NCBI GenBank assembly: GCA_025558095.1
Contig: JAIVFI010000036.1
Location: 372,001-436,000, forward strand
DNA: 64,000 nucleotides
Origin: Hyaloraphidium curvatum SAG 235-1
Taxonomy: Eukaryota > Fungi > Monoblepharomycota
Direction: 5' to 3'
Shown in pieces: positions 33,988 to 45,144 of the stretch (the stretch's first letter is position 1; every line of letters starts with the position of its first letter). The notes under the pieces were generated by a model. The model was not told the origin of the DNA. It did no database searches and was given only the letters and a program-made list of their open reading frames with translations. The position numbers and the translations under genes are program-made.

Positions 33988-35042
33988 ATGCTCGCGACGA
34001 CGACCACCGGCCGCTTCGCGGCGCGCCTCGCCGGCGGTGCGCCCGCCGCCGCCGCCGCGCGCCACGCGCCGCTCACTCCCGCATCCCGCAGGCGCCATCC
34101 GCCCGTCCGCCGCCATCTGGCGCTCCGGCATCCCGCTCGCCTGCGCAAGGTTGGTTGCTGAGACGGTTCGCACGGAGGACGGGAGCAGAGAGCAGACGTC
34201 GGCACGCCCACGCCACCCGCCCCCCGCCCCCCGAGGCACACGATGAAACGGAACTCGTTTCCACAATTCGCAGTTTCCACCGAAGGGGCACTCACCGGCG
34301 CCGCTGCGCAGCCCGGGCCGTGGCCCGCGGCGTGCGCGCGCGCCGGCGCCCCCGTGCTGGCCCAAAACTCTTCCTTGGATGTCTGATGCCTAAAGCCGGC
34401 CATCACGGCCGCGCATGCGTGACGGGGATACTCGAGGGTGCGGAGGACACGAAGCTGACGCCCGATCCCCGTTCCCGCCCCCCGGCAGCCCCTTCCACAC
34501 CTCGGCGGTGCGCAGGGCGGGCGACAAGACGCTGAAGCTCGACAACCCGTTCGAGAGGAGCGAGAAACTGGGCAGGCCGCTGAGCCCGCACACGTCCATC
34601 TACCAGCCGCAGCTGACGTGGGTCATGTCCATCATGAACCGCGTCGCGGGAGTGGGCGTCGGCATCGGTGCGTTTTCCTCGCTCTCGGGAGCAGTCGGGC
34701 TCTCTAACCCTTCGTCTGCCAGTCTTCTACGACTACTTCACCATGTACGCGCTGGCGCCTGGCTCGTTCGGCGGTGCCGCCGCCGTGTCGGCCGCCGCCA
34801 GCGCGCCCGCTCTGCTTTTTGCGGGCAAGGCGCTCGTTGCCACCGGCTTTTGGTACCACTTCTGGGCGGGCGTCCGGCACTGGGTTGGTATTCTTCGCGG
34901 GTGCCTCCTTACGGGACGCTGACAGCTCCCGTTGCAGGTCTGGGACCTGGGCTACTTCCTCGACCTGAAGGGCGTCTACAGCACAGGCTACTTTGCCGCC
35001 GTCGCGACGGCCGTCTGCGCCATCGCCACCCTCGCCCTGTAA
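33988..35042 (+). CDS. SDH3: Succinate dehydrogenase cytochrome b560 subunit
   Basis: Mitochondrial presequence-like MLATTTTGRFAARLAG; RPLSPHTSIYQPQLTWVMSIMNR; YHFWAGVRHW/VWDLG. Confidence 0.88.
34234..34391 (+). ncRNA. U14: U14 (SNORD14/snR128) box C/D snoRNA in an SDH3 intron
   Basis: Terminal stem AGGCA/TGCCT; C-like box CGATGA; domain A-like ATTCGCAGTTTCCAC; domain B-like CTTCCTTGGATGT followed directly by box D CTGA. Confidence 0.88.
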
Positions 35043-35049
35043 CCTTGCG

Positions 35050-36038
35050 TCAGCCCCAATCCATCCATCTCCCCACCTCGGCCGAAAGGAACCCGAACGC
35101 GAAGCCGGCCAGGTGCGCCTCGTGCGCTATGGCCGCCCCGCCCCTGGTCCAGTCCCCGCCCTCGGGCTCGACAAAGACGAGCGAGTTGGAGGCGCCCATC
35201 ACCATCCCGTAAGCTTGCAGGCCCATCCCCACGATCTTCATGTACAGCCCCGCGCGGGCGCGGTCGCGGTCCTCGCGGCGCAGGCCGGCGAGCGCCTTGG
35301 GCGAGCGCAGGCGGTAGAGGACCCGGGAAAGCCCGGCGCCCATGAGCGAGTACACCGCCGCGGAGGAGCCGCAGACCGAGTAGACGGAGCGCGGGACGGT
35401 CCACGCCGCTGTGAACCACGACTTGGGTGGGGCGGCATCAATGGGGACGACGGCGCGGAGCGCGGCAAATCCAAGTGTTCCAGCTGCCCCGCCGGCCAGG
35501 AAGAAGTACAGGGTGCCGAGGAATCCGGCATCCGTGTTGATCGCGTTCCAGAAGAGCCCGTTGGTGTTTCCCAGCAGGTGCGCGAGCGAGTCGTGGTGGA
35601 ACGCGCTGGCAAAGAGCGAGTGCGGCGGGGAGTGCAGGGAAAACACGGCGTCCTGCGGGCCCGCCTCCGTGCGGGGGACGGAGAAGGTGAAGTAGAAGTG
35701 CCGCCGGATCTGGGACCTAGATATGGGGAGGTCGAGGTGGCCGTTGGAGGCGAGGAAGGTGGGGAGGGTGAGGAGGAAGAGGGTCCACACGGCCGCTTTG
35801 GTGCCGAAGCTCGAAGCTCCGGGGTCGATGAGGTCCATATCGGGCCGACTGCATGGAAAGAAGGTCTTGCGTTGCCGGAACAGGCCCCAACCAGGGCCGT
35901 TCTGTTGACTTGTTGTCTTCAGACGCCTTCCCAGCGAGAGCGCGCGGCTGTTAGTCGCCGGGCCATTGCGGCCGTCCTGGAGCCGCGATAAACCGCCCGG
36001 GGCCTTTATCGGACCTTGAGACCACGTGGCCGTTTCAT
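35050..36038 (-). CDS. Rhomboid-family intramembrane protease
   Basis: SAFHHDSLAHLLGN, VCGSSAAVYSL (GxS), IAHEAHLAGFAFG; start codon uncertain. Confidence 0.75.
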
Positions 36039-36088
36039 CGCCGCCCCAGTCGCGTCGGATTGGTCGTTCCGGGACTGGTTCCGAAACG

Positions 36089-38203
36089 ATGTCGCGGCGC
36101 GGACGGGGATCGCGCAACGACGGGGAAGTCCGCGGCCCTCGCTCGGCTCTAACCAGGTGCCATTTTTGAGATGCGCGCCGGTGGTCGGGAGCTGATTCCC
36201 ACGCCGCAGCTTCCTCCGCGAAAAGGGCATCCGCGCCCGTAACGTGGTTCCGGCGTACCAAGCCCAGCAGGAGCCCCTGGAGTTCGAGCGGGTGAACGGG
36301 ACCAACGCGACACGGGACAGCGATGAGGATCTGGTGGAGGACATCGACGGGGAGGTGGAGGGCGTGGACGAGAGGGCGCGGGCGGGATCCGCGGCGGGAA
36401 CCTCGCGCGATACCACCGCCGTGCAGTCGGACGCGGTCGAGACGTCTTCCAACGTCGGAGGGGAGCAGAGTGCGGCAGCAACCAAGAAGCGGACTGCCGA
36501 GGAATTGAGGATCGAGGTCAAGCCGGCCAAGAAGGGCAAAGTTGACAAGGGGAAGGCCGAAAAGGCCAAGAAGAAGAAGGACGACTCGAGCGATTCCGAC
36601 GAGGTACGCCCCATCCATCTTTGTTGCCGAGACCCCGTACCAACTTTCGCGGTAGGGCAATCCGCTGTCGCCTTTCAACGTGCCCAAGAAGGCCCTCTCG
36701 ATCCGGAAGCCCGACCCGCACTCCATCGTCGCATTCTGCACCAAATGCCGACGCCGCTTCGCGCGCTCCCTGCCAGGCACGCTGGACTCGTCCGGCATCG
36801 ACGACCTTTGCGGGGCCTGCCTCGCCGTCTCCAGCGGCGACGCCGCCAAGGCCGCGCTGGCGAGGCGGCGCAAGAACGCCAAGAAGGCCATGGGATCCAA
36901 GGAGGAGCTCTTTGTCTCATCCCACGACGGGATCCGCTACCCCCCGCCGCTGAAGTCCCTGTGCATCAGGCTTATCGCGGACAACATCGACATGGTGGTT
37001 GGCTTCGGGGACATTTCTTCCGAAAGCAAGGTGCGCCTCGCCGAGATCCTGAGCAAGGAGAGGAAGCTTTCGGACGACAACCTTCCCCTGTTCCTGGATT
37101 CCAACGAGGAGCAGGTCAGGCTGTTCGATTGCACCAAAGTCACCGAAAAGGGCCTCCGCATGATCCCGGCATACGCGCAGAACCTGGGCACGCTGGAACT
37201 CGGCTACTGCGGGCACCTGATCGATTCCGTGCTGGACCTGATGACCGAAAAGTGCCGCAACCTCCGCTACGTGAGCATCAGGGGGGCGTACCTCGTCTCG
37301 GACGCGGCGTGGGGCCGGATGCTGGTGGCGAAGCGGAAGCAGCTCAAGCGGTTCGCCATCGAGGATTCTCCGCGGATCGGCCAGGAGGCGATCGATTGCC
37401 TCGTCTACGGTGCCCCGGTGGACGAGGAGGGCGATCCTCCGAGCACCCCGACGGAGGTACCGCTCGCTGAACTGAAGCTGAACAGGTGCCAGCTGCTCGA
37501 TTCGAAAGCGTTGCAGCGGCTTGCTGAGCTGCGAGCAAAGGGGCTGACGACGCTCGGTCTGTCGAATGCGGGTCCCGCTGACATCAAGCCGGAGGACTTC
37601 TCTGCGGTGGTCACTCGTTTGGGCGCCAACATCGCGGAGCTCGACATCTCGTTCAACGCAGCGGCGGAGGATCCCGTGCTGGAATCGATCGGCACTGCGT
37701 GCAAGCGGCTCCGCGTCCTCAACCTGACCCAATTGACCAATGTGACGGCGGAGGGCTTGAAGGTGCTGTTTGGGCGCCTCACCGCGCCCCTTTCCACGTT
37801 GCGGATGTCGCGTCTGCCTCCCGAAGCCGTCTCCATGGACGTGCTCGAGATCATCATGCGCAACTCTGCGTCGTCCCTGACTGAGCTCAGCTTGAACGGC
37901 GCGGACTCGCTCATCCGGCCGCTGTTTTCGACGCCGATGCCGAAACTGCGGAGCTTGGATGTGTCTTGGGTGCGCTGCGTGGACGATTTCGTGCTCAAGT
38001 CCCTGGTGGAGGAAGGACTGGCGCCGGCGATCCAAGAGGTCAAGGTCTTTGGCTGCAACAAGATCACGGAGGTGAGCTGCCTCCTTCTTGAATGGTGGTG
38101 GGCACTTTGTTTAGCGCTTCGGTTTTCGCAGATCGGGGCCAGGAGGCTGTGGAAGTCGGAGGTTGGCGGCGTGGTGAACATTTTGGGCAGTGAATTCGAT
38201 TGA
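36089..38203 (+). CDS. RAD7: Rad7/Rhp7-like LRR nucleotide-excision-repair protein
   Basis: N-terminal VRGPRSALT motif, CTKC...CGAC, PPLKSLCIRLIADNI, RNI-like leucine-rich repeats. Confidence 0.8.
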
Positions 38204-38278
38204 GCGCTTTGGCTCCGTACATCAGATACCCGAGCCGCGCCAAATGATGACCAGAGGACTGCGATTAGAGACCACATT

Positions 38279-41200
38279 TCAGAGCGATACCGTCTGCCCC
38301 CCCGCCACTTTCCAGTTCCCGTCCTCTTTTGGCAGCCACTCGGCATCGTCCAGCAGGAACTTGAACTCCAACGGCTGGCCCGAGTGGTCGATGAAAACCC
38401 AGCGGTTGGGCCCCTCCTCCATCATCCGTTCGCCCTTGTCCCACGAGAGATCGCCGCCGGATCCCCGGATGAAGAGTTTCCGCCCGTGGGTGTCGTGTTG
38501 AAACCGGATCACGGTCTCTGCCCCGCCGCGGCCGTTCGGCTCGCCTTCATCTGCCGGCGCAGTCGACTTTTTGGCGCTCACGACCTTCAGCGCGTCCTTG
38601 AGCAGGGTCTCCGTATCGTCCGGCGCCAGCTGTTCCGTCTCGTTCAACAGCGCGAGGATGTTGTTGACTCTCGTCTCCGAATCGGCAACGCCGCCCAGCG
38701 CATCCTTGAGGGACTTGAGGGCCTCCTCCGTTCCCTCTGTCAGCATCCGAGCGTAGCGGCCCGTCGGCGTCTGCGGAAGCGAGGACTCGCGCGACTCGAA
38801 GGCGATCGAGTCGGTGATCTTCCTGGCCTCGAATTCGGACTTCACGCGTTCGAGCTCGGCCTGCCAGATCTCCTTCTCGGCCTCGTAGTTGGCAGTCACC
38901 TCCGCAAGCTGCTGAAGAGCATCGCTGCCGAGCACGAGAAAGTCTTTAGGAGGATTCTCCCGCAATTGGGAGTAAGCACCCACGACTCCTTCTGCGCCGC
39001 ATCGGCAGCCTCTTTTCTCCGCGCCTCCACCTCTCGCTCGAGAGCGACGACCTTCTCGTCCGCCTTCTTCGCCTCCGATTCGGCCTGAGCCTTGAGCACC
39101 ATCTCCGCGCTGCTCGCCGCCGATTCCGCTTTGCTCAGCTGGTCACGGAGCGCTGCCTGCTCCTTCGCGGCTACTTCTAGTTCCGCCTTGAGCTTTGCAT
39201 GCTCCTTCTCGATCGAAGTCAGCGATGCCCGAGCGTCGCTAAGGGCGGCAGAACCGTGAGCTCCAACCAATTGCTTCTTTCAGATGGAACTCACGATTCC
39301 TTCTGAGAAACCTCGGCAAGCTCCTTTTGCCTGGCCACCAGATCCCGCTCCAGTTCTCCGATCCTCTCGTCCCTCTTCGTCGCCTCCGCTTCGGCCTGGG
39401 CCTTGAGGACCATCTCGGTGCTACTCGCCGCGGATTCCGCCTTGGCCAGGCGATCCTGGAGCGCTTCCCTCTCCTTGGACACGTCCTCCAACTGCGCCTT
39501 GAGCTTCGTGAGCTCCTTTTCAGCCGCCTCGAGCGACGCGCCGGCCTTCCTGGCCTTCTCGAGCTCGGCCTTCAGCTCGTCCCTTTCCCGCTCGGCCGCG
39601 GTCAGGCGCTCCTCCTCGGTTGCGAGCTCCGCCTCGGCCTTCTTGGAGCTCCGCTCGAGGTCCTCGTGCCTCGACCGGAGGAGGTCGTAGTCCGAAGCGA
39701 TCCGCCGGATGTCGTTGAGCTCGCGGACGAACCCTTCGCGCTCTTCTTCGGCCTCCTTGACACGCTCCTTGAGGTCCTGCGGCCCAACTACGCGTCAGAA
39801 TCGCGAGAGCGGACTCGAAAAAGCACGAACCTGGTTCCGGTCGAGGAGATCAGTGACTTTTCGTTCAAGCTCGGCCTTCTCCGTCTCGAGCTTCAGGGCA
39901 TGAGAGATCAGGCCGTCCCGCTCGTCCTTGATTCCCTGAACCTCGACTTCGAGCGCCGACGTCTTTGCAGCCGATTGAGAGAGGTGGTTGGTGAGGTGCG
40001 ACATCTATTGCGGAAGAAACGGAGTGAGCAAAGAATGGTCGGAAGAGGATGGAATGCGAATTCACCTGGCCCTGCAGTTGCTGAACCAGCTGCGCGGTCT
40101 GCCTTGCCGCCGACAGCTCTCCATCCAGTTCCTGCAACTTAAACTCGGCCTCGGCCGCGCGCTTCTCCGCTTCCTGCCTCCTCCCGTCCAGCTGGGGCAA
40201 CCTGCTCCTGGCCTCGTCCGCCTGGCGCTTCAGTCCGGCGACGATCTCCTGGAAATCCTTGGCCTCGGCGACCTTGGCCGCGAGCGCGCCCGTGAGGGCG
40301 ATGTTGGACTCGCGGAGGACGCGGAGTTCCGCCCTGAGGGGCTGCGCCTCGGCCTCGAGGGTCTTGGCGAACTGCTCTTTGAGCCGGGCCACCTCGTCCT
40401 CCTGGTTGGCAACGAGCTCCTGGATTTCTCTCTGCAGGTCGTGCGAATGCCGTTCCGTGTCTCGGAGCTTCTTCTCGAGCTTGGCAAAGTCCTCGGCGGG
40501 CACGGTGGAAGGCGGCACGGGCGAGGGGGCGGCCGGCTGCGGAGTAGGCTGCTTCCGAGCGGGGGAGCGCTCCTTCCTCGTGGGCGAACGAGAAGCCGTG
40601 CGGGTGGTTCCGGCCGGGGATGGGGCGCGCAGCTCCTGCGCCGCTTCCGCGGAGCTGGAGGGCTCCTCCTCGGCGGCGGTTGCGGGTGCCGCATCTGAAT
40701 CCTCGACGATCAAATTGACATCCTCGGAGGTCGAAACGTCCCCCGCGGTCTCATCCGCCTGCGTGGGCTCCGCGGGAGAGGTTTCCGTCACCGCCGGGCT
40801 CGGCTCTTGCGCGCCAGTTGCGACGACGGCCGGCTTCCGCTCCTTCTGCTTCTTCTCCTTAGCCGGTGAGGCTGAACCTGCGGCTGCAGGCGCGACTTTG
40901 GGCTTCGGCGGTGCGGGCTTGGAAATCTGCGAGAGGAAGAGGAGGTCTTCGACGTTGTCCTCGTCGTCCGCCGAGACGCCGGAGTCAGCCGAGTCGGCGA
41001 CGCGGGCTCCCCGTTTGCCGAGTGGCAGGCTCGCGATCTTCCTGGGCTGATCATCCTTCTTCTTCTCCTTGCGCGACTTGGGCTGGGCCGGCATAGCGGA
41101 GCGGGCCGATGAGTCCGATGAGTCGGTGCGAAGTAACGTGGTTACAGGGCGCCGCCCACCTTCCTGCGCAGCTCCTCGTCGATCAGCTGCTGCGCCAGAG

Positions 41201-41327
41201 CGTCGCGCTCCTCCAGCGACTTGTTGTTCCGGAAGCGGGGGCCCTTCCGCCGGTTGTTCCACGCGAAGAACGCGACGGTCAGGACGCCAATCACGGCAAG
41301 CGCGATGACCGCCGGGTCGAGCGCCAT
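38279..41327 (-). CDS. Membrane-anchored coiled-coil protein with C-terminal CBM20-like domain
   Basis: N-terminal TM AVIALAVIGVLTVAFFAW; long heptad-rich region; C-terminus KLFIRGSGGDLSWDKGERM...NRWVF...LEFKFLLDDAEW. Confidence 0.6.
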
Positions 41328-41509
41328 GCTGGCTGCGTGCACGGAGCGTTTCCGGCCCCGTCCAACCCGTGTGACGCGTTGGTGGTACGCGCAGCCGCTG
41401 CCACGTTGCGGCAAGGGAACGGACGCAAAACACGACTTCCGCTTCCGCGCGGGCGGAATCTCGATCGTCACCGCTTCTGTCCACCACCCCAGCGGCAATC
41501 TCTGCGACG

Positions 41510-43680
41510 ATGCTGTCCGCCACGGCTGCTCAGCGTGCCTCGCTGCTCCGGCGCAGCGCCGCGTCCCTCGCGGGCCGGAGGCGAATGGCCACCGCGACCG
41601 CCACCGCCGTGGAGACCAAGTACTCCCCCGTGTCGGACCCGGAGACGAAGCTGTTCATGTGAGCAGCATCGGGCGGCCCTTGCAATCTGGATGTTAACCC
41701 GATGTCGCCCATTCCAGCAACGGGCAGTTCGTGTCGTCGAAGGGGAACAAGTGGTTCGAGGTCCGGAACCCGGTGCGTTTCCGCAATCGCGGCCAACTGG
41801 CGTGCCTTTTGGACCTCATTCTCATAATGTCTCCTCCCGACCCTTGCTTTGCTAGGCCACGCAAGAGCTCGTCACCAAGGTGCCGCAGGCGACGCCCGAC
41901 GAGCTCGTCGAGGCCGTCAAGACGGCCGAGGAGGCCTTCCACTCGTGGAAGAACACGACGGTGCTGACGCGGCAAAAGTACCTGTTTGACCTGAGGCGGC
42001 TGATTGTCGAGAACATGGTGCGTTGCCACGAGTGCGGCTGGCCCGGCTGGATCCTAACGCCACCGTCTCCCACGTGTGACCTCAGGACGATGTGGCCAAG
42101 AACATCGTCACGGAGCAGGGCAAGACGTTCGCTGATGCCAAGGGCGATGTGCTCCGTGGTCTGCAGGTCGTCGAGCACGGTGCGTGTGCCGTGATCCTCC
42201 TTCGCGGTGACATTGTTGTTGACAGTCTTTGCTTCTCCAAACCTACACCTCCAATGACTTTGTCATTCGATTCTGATTTTAGCCTGCTCGGTTACCAGCC
42301 TGCTCCAGGGCGAAACCCTCCCCGTCGCCAAGGACATGGACACCTACTCGTACCGCGAGCCCCTCGGCGTGACCGCCGGCATCGCCCCCTTCAACTTCCC
42401 CGCCATGATTCCCCTGTGGATGTTCCCCATGGCCCTCGCGACGGGCAACACGATGGTGGTCAAGCCCTCGGAGCGCGACCCCGGGGCCACGATGATGTTC
42501 GCGAAGATGCTCAACGACATTGGGCTCCCCAAGGGCGTCGTTAACATCGTCCACGGCGGGGTGGATACCGTCAACTTCATCTGCGACAACCCGACGATCA
42601 AGGCCATCAGCTTCGTTGGGTCGGACGTGGCCGGCAAGCACATCTACTCGCGTGGCGGTGCCACTGGCAAGCGTGTCCAGGTCTGTGTTTTTCGTATGTC
42701 TGGCAAATTGCTCCCTGACTCACGATTTTGCCACGATCAGTCCAACATGGGTGCCAAGAACCACGGCGTCATCATGTCTGACGCCAACAAGAACCACACC
42801 CTCAACCAGCTCGTCGGCGCCGCCTTCGGTGCTGCCGGCCAGCGGTGCATGGCCCTCTCCACCGCCGTCTTTGTCGGCGAAACCCGCGACTGGATCCCCG
42901 AGCTCGTCGACCGCGCCAAGGCGCTCAAGGTCAACGCCGGCTGGGAGGCAGACGCGGACCTGGGCCCCATGATCTCGCCGCAGGCGCTGCAGCGCGCGCA
43001 CAAGCTGATCCAGTCCGGGATCGACGAGGGCGCCGAGATGGTGCTGGACGGCCGCAACATCGTGGTCAAGGGTTACGAGAAGGGCAACTTCCTCGGACCC
43101 ACCATCCTCAGGAAGGTGACCCCGAGCATGCAGTGCTACAAGGAGGAGATCTTCGGCCCCGTTTTGGTCATCCTGGAGGTGGAGACGCTGGACGAGGCGA
43201 TCGCGCTGATCAACAAGAACCCGTTGGTTCCATCTTCGCCCGCGTTGACATGCGAGACCTGACCGAGTCGTCACCAGCTACGGAAACGGCACCGCCATCT
43301 TCACCAACTCGGGCGCCACCGCGCGCAAGTTCCAGAACGAGATCGACGTCGGCCAGGTCGGCATCAACGTCCCGATTCCCGTGCCGCTCCCCATGTTCTC
43401 GTTCACGGGCTCGAGGGGCAGTATGTGGGGCGACCTGAACTTCTACGGTGAGACTGGCTCGACGGAGTTGCCCTTGATATGGTCCTGAACGTCCCGATCT
43501 TCTTAGGCAAGGCCGGGATCCAGTTCTTCACCAAGTGGAAGACGATCACCTCGTTGTGGCGTTCGGTACGTCAAGATCCGTGGCAGTCTGTTGAAAGTGA
43601 GCTGAAGTGCCATCGCCCCGTTTCTGCAGGAGGACGCGACCGGGACCAAGGCCGCAACCACGATGCCGACCATGCGGTAG
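41510..43680 (+). CDS. Methylmalonate-semialdehyde dehydrogenase (ALDH6A1-like), mitochondrial
   Basis: [55 protein letters not shown]; many introns. Confidence 0.92.
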
Positions 43681-43829
43681 AGCTAGGCTGATGATGGAGG
43701 TCAAAACTAATCCGCTGTGATGTGAACATTGTCATTGAGTGAGCAGTGTCAATGCCGATGGAGCTCGTCCGCGACTTGACGAACGTCAGGTCGGGCGGAG
43801 GATGATCGAGCGGATGATCGTCTATCCTG

Positions 43830-44933
43830 GTGCCGAACGTTTCGATGCGATTCACCCTCAGATGGCCAGCTCAACACCTCCATACCAATGCATCACTCGC
43901 TAGTGTTCAATGTGGAAACGGACGGACGGCAACGGGCCGACCGGCATGGCCCAGAACGCGTGCAACCGCGGCCAGATGGGACGCGTGGTTCTCTTTCTCC
44001 GGAACAGGTACTCCAAGGTCGCTGGCCCGGGTAGTCGAGCTCGAAGGATTTGGACGCGGCCTGGTTGCTTCGCGGGACCTGGTACCAGGGGAGCTTGTCT
44101 TTGAAGAGCCAGCTTTACTGAGCTTGCTTCGAACTCGACGGAGCGAAAGATGCCACAACTGTTTTGGGCTCGTCCACGGACCAGGCCTTGTCTTTACTTT
44201 CGAGGAGGATCCGATGCTGCGAAACGATTTCAGCCGCAAGGGAGATTCGGACGGCGAATCGGCTTCCGAGCTGTTCTGCAGCGTGCCTTGCCGCGACGCC
44301 GCCTTGAGCCGCTACAACAAGTTCCTTTCTTCTCCTCGACGGTCGTGGCCCGCATTGTTTTCCGCGTGCCAGACCAGCGGAAGGGTCTATCCCCTTCTTG
44401 TGAGCCGGCTCATGGCCCTCGTCCTTCTGAACCTCTCGCGGACCAGAACGTACAGCGATCCCACCGCGGATTTAGTCTATGATAAGGAGCACTCGAAGGA
44501 TGATTCGGTTGCGGATTATGGTGTTGTCACCAGAACGATCCTTACTGAACAGGGGCAGAGCTCGCTCTTCAACCTCACTTTCTTCTTGCGCAAAGCTTCC
44601 ATGCTGAATCTGAACGCTATCTCGATCACCATGCCTGGACCCGACGGGCTCTGGGAGCGCGTGGGAACTGGCATCTTCATGGAAACCTCGATGATCAATC
44701 ATGCCTGCAATCCGAACCTCGACGTCCAGTTCTCCGCGGGGATGGATGGGCAGCCAGTCATGCTGCACGCGACAGCCAATCGAGACATCAGAGAGGGCGA
44801 CCAGCTGTTCATCAGCTACGTTGATGCAGATACGGGCATCTTCGCGGACGTCGATCAGCGGCAAGCGTTCCTCAGAGCGGCCTACGGGTTCCAGTGTCGT
44901 TGCGAACGATGTACAACGGGCAAAAGAAACTAG
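43830..44933 (+). CDS. SET-domain (SMYD-like) lysine methyltransferase
   Basis: GRGLVASRDLVPGELVFEE, CHNC...FCSVPC, SMINHACNPN, QLFISYVD, post-SET FQCRCERC; start uncertain. Confidence 0.8.
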   Translation: MPNVSMRFTLRWPAQHLHTNASLASVQCGNGRTATGRPAWPRTRATAARWDAWFSFSGTGTPRSLARVVELEGFGRGLVASRDLVPGELVFEEPALLSLLRTRRSERCHNCFGLVHGPGLVFTFEEDPMLRNDFSRKGDSDGESASELFCSVPCRDAALSRYNKFLSSPRRSWPALFSACQTSGRVYPLLVSRLMALVLLNLSRTRTYSDPTADLVYDKEHSKDDSVADYGVVTRTILTEQGQSSLFNLTFFLRKASMLNLNAISITMPGPDGLWERVGTGIFMETSMINHACNPNLDVQFSAGMDGQPVMLHATANRDIREGDQLFISYVDADTGIFADVDQRQAFLRAAYGFQCRCERCTTGKRN

Positions 44934-45144
44934 GTTGGAAGCCTGCAAACGTTGAGTTGGTCGGGGTGGGTGATCATCGAGCAGCTGGAGGCGGGTGCGG
45001 GAGACAGGCACGGCTTCCGTCTCTGTTGGCTTCTGTGCCCCGCGTCGCCGGATTCCGGGAGGGGCCTCGCGGAAGAATAGGTCAAGCGGTGGCCCACGTT
45101 GCACCGTCGCTGTCGCTGGCGACGGCCGCGGTTCCCTACCCAGG

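Noticed and set aside
42180-42282. Longer, AT-richer MMSDH intron as a possible snoRNA host
   Set aside because: No convincing box C/D pair, terminal stem or rRNA guide sequence was recognised.
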